Notes under the pieces: generated by a model
What the model saw: the letters and a program-made list of their open reading frames with translations, nothing else
The model's database searches: none
Told to the model about the DNA's origin: nothing
Position numbers and translations under genes: made by a program
In this document: positions 42,065 to 51,779 of the stretch, piece by piece
How the letters are laid out: each line of letters opens with the position of its first letter
Numbering within the stretch: the first letter of the stretch is position 1
NCBI GenBank assembly: GCA_040752695.1
Contig: JBFMGO010000006.1
Location: 1-64,000 of the forward strand
DNA: 64,000 nucleotides
Direction: 5' to 3'
From: a bacterium
Lineage (GTDB): Bacteria; SZUA-182; DTGQ01

Positions 42065-43546
42065 ATGGATTGCAAGTCCTGGAGAATAGTATGGGTGATA
42101 GTCCTCTTTGTCTTTTTTTCTCTGGCCTTTAGTCTAACCGTTCCGGTGTTTGATGCTCCTGATGAGCCTTATCATTTTGAATACATCCGCTTTTTGGCTG
42201 AGCATAAGAACCTGCCCAATCAGACAGTTGAGGAGCTCTCGCTCACTACCGAGGGGTTTAACCCGCCCCTTTACTATCTGATCGAAGCCATACCGTTACA
42301 TATCCTCTCCAAGGATAATGCATCCGATATCGGGATACACACCGTGCGGGACCTTATGCAGTTTGCCTACGACCCTGAGGCCGGCTTTAGTGAGCGGATT
42401 TATCCCCCCCTCAATCCGGACTACATCAAATTGGGAAAGGGTCAGCAGAGGAACATGTTTTTGACCACCAGTCAGGACAGGTTTCCATTCTCCGGCTCAA
42501 TCAGGGTGATTCATATCCTGAGGCTGATTTCGATCATCTTCGGCAGCCTGACCGTTTTTTTCGCTTTCAGGATCGCGGAGGCGCTCTTTCCCGACAGAAG
42601 GAATATTGCCCTTCTGACAGCAGCCCTTTGCGGCTTTAATCCCCAGTTCACTTTTTTAAGCGGGGTCTTGAATAACGACAACCTGGTCACTCTGCTTTCG
42701 ACCATGTCGCTGTATTTATTAACCAAATTAATCCTGTCAGAGAGGGATAAGCCAAAGTGGATCGTCGGTCTTGGGGTCACGATCGGGTTGGGGTTGATCA
42801 GCAAGGTAAATATTTCCTTCCTGGTGGGGATATCCATTATCGGTCTGATTTACCAGGCTATAACAGGGCCAGCCCGCGAGCGCAGATTTGTCATGCTGGT
42901 TCGGAATCTGGTCCTTTTACTGATCCCGATAGCGGCGGTTTCCGGATGGTTTTTTGTCAGGAATATCTCCCTTTTCGGGTTCAGCGATCCTTTAGGATGG
43001 AAACTCCAGGCCATCCAGAATCCCGAGCTGGTAATGCCCAGCCAGATCAAGGTACAGTTTATTACCCGGGCTCTTGCGCCGAGGCTCTTTACCTCTTTCT
43101 GGGGTCAATTCGATTGGCTGACCATCAGACTCCCTGACTGGGCCTATGGGATATATGGCCTGATCAGCCTGATGAGCCTTTTGGGATTGGGTGCAGGAAT
43201 TGGTGCTTCCCTGACCGGAGGCAACGGGAGCAAAAGCAAAGGGAGGAAAAACAGAAGGATGAAGAGGGTCACCGCCTGCCTCCTGCTCTATCTGGCCGCC
43301 GTTTGTTTGGCTGTGACCAATCTCATTATCCTGAATCTTACGTTTTTTTCCGAGCAGGGCAGATTGATCTTTCCCGTGATCGCTCCATTGTGTGTCTTTA
43401 TGGCCCTGGGCGTAGACAGCAGCTTCCGTTTTCTCTCGCGGTCACTGAAAATAAAGCCCGGTCTGCTCGTCTACTCTTTCATCCTGCTCCTGATCGGATT
43501 GAACCTGTACAGCCTGATCGGAGTCGTTTATCCAATTTACCGCTAG
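42065..43546 (+). CDS. GT-C fold membrane glycosyltransferase (ArnT/PMT/DUF2142-like)
   Basis: APDEPYH, PPLYY, LNNDNL, QGRL motifs; many TM helices. Confidence 0.8.
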   Translation: MDCKSWRIVWVIVLFVFFSLAFSLTVPVFDAPDEPYHFEYIRFLAEHKNLPNQTVEELSLTTEGFNPPLYYLIEAIPLHILSKDNASDIGIHTVRDLMQFAYDPEAGFSERIYPPLNPDYIKLGKGQQRNMFLTTSQDRFPFSGSIRVIHILRLISIIFGSLTVFFAFRIAEALFPDRRNIALLTAALCGFNPQFTFLSGVLNNDNLVTLLSTMSLYLLTKLILSERDKPKWIVGLGVTIGLGLISKVNISFLVGISIIGLIYQAITGPARERRFVMLVRNLVLLLIPIAAVSGWFFVRNISLFGFSDPLGWKLQAIQNPELVMPSQIKVQFITRALAPRLFTSFWGQFDWLTIRLPDWAYGIYGLISLMSLLGLGAGIGASLTGGNGSKSKGRKNRRMKRVTACLLLYLAAVCLAVTNLIILNLTFFSEQGRLIFPVIAPLCVFMALGVDSSFRFLSRSLKIKPGLLVYSFILLLIGLNLYSLIGVVYPIYR

Positions 43547-43594
43547 GCCGTGTATACAAATGGTCCGTACATACAAATAGGCCGTATATACAAA
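43544..43594. repeat. 17-bp tandem repeat x3 beginning at the stop codon
   Basis: taggccgtgtatacaaa / tggtccgtacatacaaa / taggccgtatatacaaa. Confidence 0.9.
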
Positions 43595-43829
43595 CTCATG
43601 CACGGTCGTTGGAGTTATTTCAAGCGATATCCAGTATTCGGCATCGGCATTCGAGTATGAGCGTTCGGCATGAGCATCGGCATTTGGCATCCGGCATTGG
43701 CAGATGGTTTAGAACTGGAATACTGGTTGCAGGTATCAGGGATATCACTATGGCGAGAGACTTCCGCCTCGTTGTACAAGGATGAGGAGACCAAGGAAGG
43801 AGACGAGGAGACGAAAGGAGGGCCAGGCT

Positions 43830-45269
43830 ATGAATCCGAATGTTTCGCTATCGATCCTGATGCCTGTTTACAATGAGGTTTATACGGTAGGGGAGTGTCT
43901 CAGGCGGGTCCTGAGTGTGAGAAGTGATTTCATTTCCGAGCTTGAAATTATCGTGGTTGACGACGGATCAACTGACGGCACTCGTGAAATCCTGCGGGAA
44001 TTAGCTGGAGAGCATCGTGAGATCATCCTGATCGAGCAAAAAACCAACCAGGGAAAAGGTCAGGCCATCCGCACTGCTCTGTCCAGGGCCAGCAAGGATA
44101 TCTGCCTTGTCCAGGACGCTGACCTTGAATACAACCCCAACGACTACGAGAAGCTGATAATTCCTTTTGTGAAGGAGAATGCCGATGCGGTCTTTGGTTC
44201 GCGTTTTCTGGTAGGAGACTATTGCCGGCTTCTCTATTTCCGGCATGCCCTGATCAACCGCTTCCTGACCTTTTTGGCTGATCTGATCACCGATATCAAT
44301 TATTCTGATATAGAGACCTGCTACAAGGCTGTCAGAACCAGGCTGCTCAAATCGATTCCCATACGCAGCAGAGGCTTCGGTATCGAGCCTGAGTTATCAA
44401 TCAAACTGGCCAAACGCAAGGCTGTGATTTTCGAAGTACCCATCTCTTACGCAGGCCGGACCAAAGAGGAGGGAAAGAAAATTGGCTGGAAGGATGGGGT
44501 GAATGCACTATACACCCTGGTCAAGTTCTGGCTGTTAAATGACATCTATCAGAAGGAAGAATACGGATCAGCCATTTTAGACAGCCTGTCCCATGCTCCC
44601 AATTTCTGCCGCTGGATGGCTGATACCATCCGGCCTTATGTAGGGGAGTATGTTCTGGAAATCGGCGCTGGCACAGGCAATCTGACTAGCCATATCACTC
44701 CCCGGCGCAGGTACCTGGCCAGTGACATTAACCTGAATTATCTCGATTATCTTAAAAATTACAGCCTTTACAAGCCATACATGGAGGTAAAATACATCGA
44801 CCTGACCAAAGAGGAGGATTTTGCTCCCTATCAGGAGCAGTTCGATACGGTTATCTGCCTCAATGTCCTGGAGCATATCGAGGATGATTCGGCCGGATTA
44901 AGCAATATTTACCGGGCCCTGAGACCGGGTGGCCGGGCCATTGTCCTGGTGCCACATGGAGCCTGGCTCTACTCGAGTTTTGATAAGGTGCTTGGGCACT
45001 ACCGCCGCTATGCAGATGCCCAATTGCAGGAAGCCATGACCAGGACGGGCTTTTGCCAGACCGAATTGATTACCTCATTCAACCGTATCGGCGTCCCTGC
45101 CTGGGTCCTGAATGGTAAGATACTGCAAAGGAAACACTTTTCCCCTGTTCAGATTAAGATCCTGAATACCTTCCAGGGTATCTTGCGCAGAGTCAATGCA
45201 TTCCTGCCCTGGCATGGCTTGTCAACCATTGCTATCGGGTATAAGGAAGGAGGAACAAAATACCAATGA
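43830..45269 (+). CDS. GT2 glycosyltransferase fused to class I SAM methyltransferase
   Basis: MPVYNE, VDDGSTDGT, QDADLEY, DIETCYK; C-terminal LEIGAGTG, NVLEHIEDD. Confidence 0.92.
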   Translation: MNPNVSLSILMPVYNEVYTVGECLRRVLSVRSDFISELEIIVVDDGSTDGTREILRELAGEHREIILIEQKTNQGKGQAIRTALSRASKDICLVQDADLEYNPNDYEKLIIPFVKENADAVFGSRFLVGDYCRLLYFRHALINRFLTFLADLITDINYSDIETCYKAVRTRLLKSIPIRSRGFGIEPELSIKLAKRKAVIFEVPISYAGRTKEEGKKIGWKDGVNALYTLVKFWLLNDIYQKEEYGSAILDSLSHAPNFCRWMADTIRPYVGEYVLEIGAGTGNLTSHITPRRRYLASDINLNYLDYLKNYSLYKPYMEVKYIDLTKEEDFAPYQEQFDTVICLNVLEHIEDDSAGLSNIYRALRPGGRAIVLVPHGAWLYSSFDKVLGHYRRYADAQLQEAMTRTGFCQTELITSFNRIGVPAWVLNGKILQRKHFSPVQIKILNTFQGILRRVNAFLPWHGLSTIAIGYKEGGTKYQ

Positions 45270-45815
45270 GCAATAGCCAATAGGCAATAGCTAACGGCCA
45301 ATAGGCAATAGAGAGGAGGCAGGCAGAAGACGGCAGGGAATAGACAGCAGGGAGCAGTGAGTAGACAGCAGGGAGGGGGAAGCAGGCAGAAGTTAGAAGG
45401 CAATGAGTAAAGGCAGTAAAAAGCGGCCAGTAAACAGCGATCAAGAAGCAGGAATGAGAAATCTCAAGAGTCAGGATTCAGAAAGTCGGTAGTGGGAGAT
45501 TGGTTGGGGGAGTGTTAGCGGCAACCTGGTTTTACCCCCCTGAGACGTGCAGCAACCTCAGGGAGTCAGCATCCGGTGTATTCCATTACCAAGCATCCAG
45601 TATTCAGCGACCGTAACCTATCACCTCGCTGCCATCACTCAGTATCCAATATTCAGCCATTGCCAGCCATTGGCGGCCAGCATTCAATATTCAGCATCAA
45701 GCATCAAGCATCGGGCACCAAGCACCCAGCATCAAGCATCGAGTAGCATGCATCGGGCACCAGGCATAGAATATCCAGTATTAAGCCGCTATCCACCAGT
45801 ATCCGGTATTCATAA
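45267..45815. repeat. Heptamer-like low-complexity repeat tracts
   Basis: gcaatag/ccaatag units right after the stop codon; cagcatc/aagcatc/cagtatc units at 45567-45812. Confidence 0.75.
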
Positions 45816-45832
45816 CAAAAGGAGGTAAAACC

Positions 45833-47131
45833 ATGTTAGTTTTTTTAAGTGATATTCATCTTACCGATGGCTCCTCGGGGACGACCATTGATCCGAGGGC
45901 CTTCAATAAATTCTGTCAGATGATGAAGAATATTGTTGGAGATGCTCAGAGATCCAATATCAAAAAGATTGAAATCGTCCTTTTAGGAGATATCTTTGAC
46001 CTGATTCGTTCTGATTTTTGGCTGCGTCCGGAAAACGAGGGACTTGCCCGGCCGCCTATAAGGCCGTGGTCAGCGACGGCGGATACTGATCACAGCGGCT
46101 GGAATCTGCAGCAGTATACAGAGGCGATCGTTGATAAGATTATCAGCCAGCCGCGAAATATCGAGGCCATAAAGTACCTGAAGGAGTTTCAGACTCATTG
46201 TGTGGATGTCGATGTCCAGATTTCCTATCTTATCGGCAATCATGACTGGCTTATTAATCGGTATCCCTCAACCCGGCAGAAGATAGCTCATTTTTTGGGG
46301 ATGAAGGGAGCGGATGCCCGGTTCTATGTCCATGAGCAGTTCCCCTACGAACGGATTTTCAAGGAATACAAGGTCATGGCCCGTCACGGTGACTACTATG
46401 ATAAGTTTAACTACGATGGAAACAGAGACGCGTCTTCCCTCGGAGATGCCATTGTTATAGACCTTCTATCCCGCTTTCCGAAAGAGGTAAAGAACGATCC
46501 CTTTCTTGGCCAGGATGATATCCTGATCAACCAGTTGAAGGAGATCGATAATGTACGGCCTCTGCTCGATATCCCTGCCTGGATACAGGGCATTTGCAAT
46601 TACAGGCCAGGGATCGAAAGGAAAATGCATGAGATCTGGAACAGCCTGGTCAACAGGTTTTTCAAACTGGAGTTTGTAAAGGACCATGACCGGTTTGGCC
46701 CTGACATGGTTGACTTTTTGGAGATGGCCATGAGGCTGTCCTCCGGTTTCTCCTTCAACAGGCTTAAGGAGATTCTCGGCAACCGTGTCGTCCAAATGTT
46801 ATCCCAGCAATTCGACAGCTACCAGAGATTTGCCTATCGGGAAGCGCCTCTTAAAAATAATACTGCCCGTTATGTGGTCTATGGCCACACCCATCAGGCA
46901 GCTCAGGTTCCGCTGGATATTGTTTCCTTACCGCCGGACTCCACCGAGGATAAGGTCTATTTCAATACCGGTACCTGGCGCAAGGTATTCGAACATACGA
47001 CTTTCGATAGCGATAACTGCGAGTTCATCGGCTGGCATGTTATGACCTTTGTAATCTTTTACCTCAAAGAGGAAAAGGAACGGGACAGGAATTACGAGAT
47101 CTGGTCAGCTTCTCTCGGCTACGGGCGATGA
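45833..47131 (+). CDS. Calcineurin-like metallophosphoesterase
   Basis: SDIH, GDIFD, GNHD, HGD, GHTH, NTGTW; GGAGG RBS. Confidence 0.88.
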   Translation: MLVFLSDIHLTDGSSGTTIDPRAFNKFCQMMKNIVGDAQRSNIKKIEIVLLGDIFDLIRSDFWLRPENEGLARPPIRPWSATADTDHSGWNLQQYTEAIVDKIISQPRNIEAIKYLKEFQTHCVDVDVQISYLIGNHDWLINRYPSTRQKIAHFLGMKGADARFYVHEQFPYERIFKEYKVMARHGDYYDKFNYDGNRDASSLGDAIVIDLLSRFPKEVKNDPFLGQDDILINQLKEIDNVRPLLDIPAWIQGICNYRPGIERKMHEIWNSLVNRFFKLEFVKDHDRFGPDMVDFLEMAMRLSSGFSFNRLKEILGNRVVQMLSQQFDSYQRFAYREAPLKNNTARYVVYGHTHQAAQVPLDIVSLPPDSTEDKVYFNTGTWRKVFEHTTFDSDNCEFIGWHVMTFVIFYLKEEKERDRNYEIWSASLGYGR

Positions 47132-48146
47132 TGGAGCCATGGTGAGGATTTGGCAGGCTGACGATGAAGATCGTTCTTTTTGGTACACACCGCACGGTTA
47201 ATACGCGGCCAGTTAACGGTAAATATGACCCGTTAACGGTAAATAGGCAAAAGGTAAGCCCCCTCTCCTCAGGAGGGGAGATAGCTGGGGCTGGGGTGAT
47301 GGGGATTCAGAACACGGCAAACTGATCAGGAAATTCCCGCGGCCTGAACTGAGTACTGGCGGGCGGGAAATACACGGCCAGGTATTGGAATGGGGCCATG
47401 TGTCGAAAATCCTCCTGAGAGTGGGTCGTAGGTCATGATATTGGCCGTAAGCTCGTCATTTCCCAAACTTGCGATGATAAATTTTTCCTCCCCTGTCATA
47501 ATCCTTATTACCCGGCCCTTCGGCAAGTCCTTTTCGTGTTTCCCCCTCACCCTGCTACCCCTATCACCCCTGGGGGAGAAGGATAGCAGGGTGAGGAGTG
47601 CCTTTGATCATGCCTGTCAAGCTGCATAGAATAGACAGGATGGAAAATTCCTATACGGTTGAGGGAGCGGGGAGCTTGGAATGCATGCTTTTCAAGGGCT
47701 TGGAGGATTCTAAGCCTGCGCTCAGAATGACGTTGATGTAATAGCTTACCTTATCCCCCGCTTCCTCTGTTCACAAACTTGGCTGTGAAGAGGCACTAGT
47801 CTCAGAGAATAGTATCACCATAAAAAGAGTGTAGTGCGGGACTTTGGCACAATGACGTAAATTTCGCTCATGGGCATCGAACAAAGTTCACAGATCGTAT
47901 GAAGTGCTTGGCTAGTTAAAACCAGCAAGCAAAATGCAAGCATAATGCAAGTAAAATGCAAGGAGAGTGGAGGGTTAGTTATTTGTTTTCCCAAAATTGC
48001 GGGCATTTGTTTTCCCAGAATTATGGGACCGTATTTTCCCCGTAATTGTTGGGCTTTGTTCTTCCAAAATGAATGATATCGTATTCCACAAGAGTCTCCA
48101 TAGTTTGTATTTTAGAGGAAACAGGAGCGATCAAGGGGTAATCAAA

Positions 48147-49709
48147 ATGAGCATCCTCTTAATTTCATTACAGAAAGACCTGGACATCATAGGGCTGAAA
48201 TACCTTCACTACTACCTGTTAGACAACTCCCATGCTTCCCTTTTTCTTTGTTTGCCAAACCTCAATCCGAACGATATCTTCGCCCTGGAGCAGATAAGGA
48301 AATTCGTTCTTAATCATTCACCCAATTTAATCGGAGTGAGTCTGATGTCGGTTGAGTACGATAAAGCATGTGGATTAACCACCTACCTGAAAAGAAATTT
48401 CCCAACGATTCCGGTTATCTGGGGAGGTATCCATCCCACCATCGCTCCAGAGATGTGTCTGGACTACGCTGATTATGTTTGCATCGGAGAAGGTGAGAAA
48501 ACCATCCTTGACGCAGCCAGGGCCGCTCATAACAACCAAAGCTTAACCGGTATCAATAACCTCTGCTACAGGGCTGATGATGGCCAGGTGAAGAAAAATC
48601 CATTATATCCGCGTATTGAGAATCTGGATGAGATTCCTTTTTACGATCATATCCCTATCCATTGCTTTATCCAGGAGCGGCAGAGCATCGGGCCGGTCAG
48701 TAAAAAGTCTTATCAGAAATACGCCCGGTATTCAGGAACAACATATAGTGTCATGAGTTCCAGAGGCTGCCCGTTTTCCTGTACCTACTGCTGCAATAAC
48801 TTTATTTCACGCTTATATGGGGCCAGAAAGGTCACGCGCAGGAGCATAGGTAACATCATCGCTGAACTCGAGCGGGCCATACGGAACAATCCGGAAATCG
48901 AGTATATCAATTTTCAGGATGATTGCTTTTTAGCCTGCACCAGCGAATATCTCAAGGAATTTTGTGAACTATATCAGCAAAAAATAAACAGGCCATTTAT
49001 CGTGAGAAGTATTCCCACGTATATTACCAGGGATAAAATGGAATCTTTGAAAAAAGCCGGCCTGGCCTGGATCAGTCTTGGATTGCAAAGCGGCAGTGAC
49101 CGCGTTTGCAGGGAAATCTACCGGCGAAAATCGTTAAAAGCCGACTTCCTCAAAGCAGCGGGCATTATCAAAGATTTTCGAGTAGCAGCTTTTTATGATG
49201 TCATTTTGGATAATCCATTTGAAACGGAGGAAGATCAGCTTGAAACCATACAGACGCTCAGTGAGACGCCAAAACCGTTCTACACTCAGTTTTTCTCATT
49301 AAGCCTCTATTTAGGGACTGAGTTACATACAAGAGCGCAACAGGATTCCCAGAGCATGAAAGGCTACCTTAGTATGGAAAGCTCTCTCAGCAAGGATTAT
49401 CTGATCTATAATAAAAGCACTATCAACGACATGCTGAGAATCTCCACGTTTCTCGATAAAAAGCATATGCAAAGAGTGGTTGACCTCTATAAAGAAAAGC
49501 CGGAATCCTTCAAATTTAAGGTCTCCTTTCTCATGGCCAGGTTACTATCCATGATCATACTCGAGCCCCTTACCTATTTCCGGGTAATCAAGCTTTCGCA
49601 GAATGACCGCTACCTGAGAACATTCAAAGTTCTGCCAAGCTACTTCAAGGAGGGATTCAAGCGGTATGTCAACCAATTTAAGGGCAGGTTGACACAATCT
49701 GGCTCATAG
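48147..49709 (+). CDS. Cobalamin-binding radical SAM protein
   Basis: IWGGIHPT, GEGE, SRGCPFSCTYC, FQDDCF, GLQSGS. Confidence 0.92.
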   Translation: MSILLISLQKDLDIIGLKYLHYYLLDNSHASLFLCLPNLNPNDIFALEQIRKFVLNHSPNLIGVSLMSVEYDKACGLTTYLKRNFPTIPVIWGGIHPTIAPEMCLDYADYVCIGEGEKTILDAARAAHNNQSLTGINNLCYRADDGQVKKNPLYPRIENLDEIPFYDHIPIHCFIQERQSIGPVSKKSYQKYARYSGTTYSVMSSRGCPFSCTYCCNNFISRLYGARKVTRRSIGNIIAELERAIRNNPEIEYINFQDDCFLACTSEYLKEFCELYQQKINRPFIVRSIPTYITRDKMESLKKAGLAWISLGLQSGSDRVCREIYRRKSLKADFLKAAGIIKDFRVAAFYDVILDNPFETEEDQLETIQTLSETPKPFYTQFFSLSLYLGTELHTRAQQDSQSMKGYLSMESSLSKDYLIYNKSTINDMLRISTFLDKKHMQRVVDLYKEKPESFKFKVSFLMARLLSMIILEPLTYFRVIKLSQNDRYLRTFKVLPSYFKEGFKRYVNQFKGRLTQSGS

Positions 49710-49853
49710 CGATTAATACAAGTCAATGATAGCTGACAACAGAAAAGATCCAAAGCGGCAAGCGACAAAAAAGGCGGGGGACATTACGGACCCTGCCTTT
49801 TAAGTTATTATTATCGCTCATAATTATAAGGCAACACACCTAAGGCATTAGAT

Positions 49854-49885
49854 TTCGTCATTCCCGCGAAGGCGGGAATGACGAA
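49854..49885. repeat. REP-like perfect palindrome between convergent genes
   Basis: ttcgtcattcccgc-gaag-gcgggaatgacgaa (14-bp stem). Confidence 0.8.
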
Positions 49886-49941
49886 GAGCGGCTATGATGG
49901 CTACTATATATGAGCGATTATTATTACAACAACAACTACTA

Positions 49942-51453
49942 CTATTTCCTGTCATCGCCTGTCAAGACCTTATGCAATGTTACGCTCAGCTCTCCAATTT
50001 CATACGGTTTGGCAACTGCACCTTTGAAACCATACCGCGGGTATTCCGACAAAATAGGATCGTTGGAGTAGCCGCTTGAAACAATTGCCTTAACTTCAGG
50101 GTCTATGGCGTGTAATTTCTCGGCCATTTCCTTACCGCCGATGCCTCCCGGAATCGTTAAATCGAGTATTACAGCATCAAAGTGAGACCCTGCTTTCAGT
50201 GCCTTCTCGTACCGCCTAATTGCTTCCTCCCCTTCACTGGCTGACTCAACCTCGTATCCAAGAGGGGTCAACATCCTGATGAGCATTTCTCTGATGCTTT
50301 GCTGATCATCCATAATTAAAATTTTCCCTTTACCCGGACAGGCCATTTTCTCCCTATCCCGTCCGGATGCACGGGCATCTTTTTCCGAAGCGGGGAGGTA
50401 AATACGAAAAGTGGTTCCCACTCCTAGCTGAGATTCTGCGGTAATGTATCCCCCGTGCTTTTTGACGATAGAATACGTAATGGCAAGCCCAAGACCGCTT
50501 CCCTTCGATTTGGTACTGAAATAAGGATCGAATATCTTTTGAAGATACTTCTCCGGTATGCCAATTCCCTGATCTTTGAGCATCAATTGTATGTATTTGC
50601 CAGCCTTGAGGGGTAAACGGGCTTCCGGCCCCATAACCACGTTTTCAGCACGTACACTGATGATTCCATCTGCTGCGACCTGAAATACCTGATCAAGTTC
50701 TTCGAAGGCACGTTTAATCTTCTCTTCAGCCTGCCGGCTCTCGACCATGGCACCTATCAACTTTGCAGAAAATACCAGCCGTCTCTTGGCCATCTCGATG
50801 GTCAAAGGTGAACGGGGCTCGTATTCATCCGCCTGTTCGATAAGTTTATCTCTGGACACTCCAAACATTTGCGTGATCTGGTCAAGTTTTGAGAGGTTCT
50901 TAGGAGGATCACCATATCCGAAATTGATAGACCCTACCGTTTCTCCACCAGCCTGAATCGGAACAGCATAGAGGCGAATGCCGCCACGACACTCGACATC
51001 GACCGGTTGTCCTGTTTCGATGGAAACCTTTGAGGCATCCGTCCAGCATGATTCGTGGCAATGCCATTTACCACTATTCAATGCCTCTTCGTTAGATACT
51101 GCACCACACAATGTACGCGAGGCATGATCGAGTAAGCGACACCACCCAGAAGTAAAAATACCTAAAGCATAATCCCCGTTTTTTTCGTATACCGCTGTCG
51201 AAGTATCGAGCAAGTCAAGGAAGTCACTCGCAATATCTGCAAGAATATTTTCTCCGATGGCTCCCACTAATACCCGGCAGGTGTTGAGATCAACCAGGCT
51301 TCCATAGGGCTGAATATGAGGTCTCTTGCAAGCGGGTTTATGTATTACCCTTTTGGTCATTATTTGTTCAAACCAATCAAGGTGCTCTTTACATCTTCTT
51401 TGATTTTCTGATAATTGATTTATCCTCTCGCGTAATTTAGTTAATTCCTTCAT
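49942..51453 (-). CDS. PocR-sensor hybrid kinase-like protein lacking HisKA/H-box and N-box (internal deletion; possibly a pseudogene)
   Basis: PocR-like Cys-rich sensor; [20 protein letters not shown]; receiver [22 protein letters not shown]; no AHDFNN-type H-box. Confidence 0.8.
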   Translation of the reverse strand: MKELTKLRERINQLSENQRRCKEHLDWFEQIMTKRVIHKPACKRPHIQPYGSLVDLNTCRVLVGAIGENILADIASDFLDLLDTSTAVYEKNGDYALGIFTSGWCRLLDHASRTLCGAVSNEEALNSGKWHCHESCWTDASKVSIETGQPVDVECRGGIRLYAVPIQAGGETVGSINFGYGDPPKNLSKLDQITQMFGVSRDKLIEQADEYEPRSPLTIEMAKRRLVFSAKLIGAMVESRQAEEKIKRAFEELDQVFQVAADGIISVRAENVVMGPEARLPLKAGKYIQLMLKDQGIGIPEKYLQKIFDPYFSTKSKGSGLGLAITYSIVKKHGGYITAESQLGVGTTFRIYLPASEKDARASGRDREKMACPGKGKILIMDDQQSIREMLIRMLTPLGYEVESASEGEEAIRRYEKALKAGSHFDAVILDLTIPGGIGGKEMAEKLHAIDPEVKAIVSSGYSNDPILSEYPRYGFKGAVAKPYEIGELSVTLHKVLTGDDRK

Positions 51454-51671
51454 GATTTGCTCTTTGATCTTGCTTACAGTTTTTATCTGTGAACAGAAAT
51501 TATTTCATATAATATTTTAGTGCTATAATTATATCACAAAAAATAATTTCTATCTACTATTTTTTCCTATAAAACTTTTCCTAACCAGAACGCTGTATTA
51601 AGAACATGCAATCTACAGGATTACTCGCCCAACGCAATTACCAGTATGAACTATGGACAAATGAAAAAATT

Positions 51672-51701
51672 TTGACAAGAAGAGAATAAATTTCTTATAA
51701 T
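51672..51701 (+). promoter_or_regulatory. Sigma70 promoter
   Basis: TTGACA-18 nt-TATAAT. Confidence 0.6.
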
Positions 51702-51779
51702 TATTCTAGTTCATTCACTATTTCATAAAATCAAAGCAGTCATAATAAGGAGATTCTCTATGCAAAGGAGTAAGTTACC

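Noticed and set aside
47326..47550. 74-aa minus-strand ORF
   Set aside because: Flanked by palindromic repeats with no recognisable motif; cannot be supported
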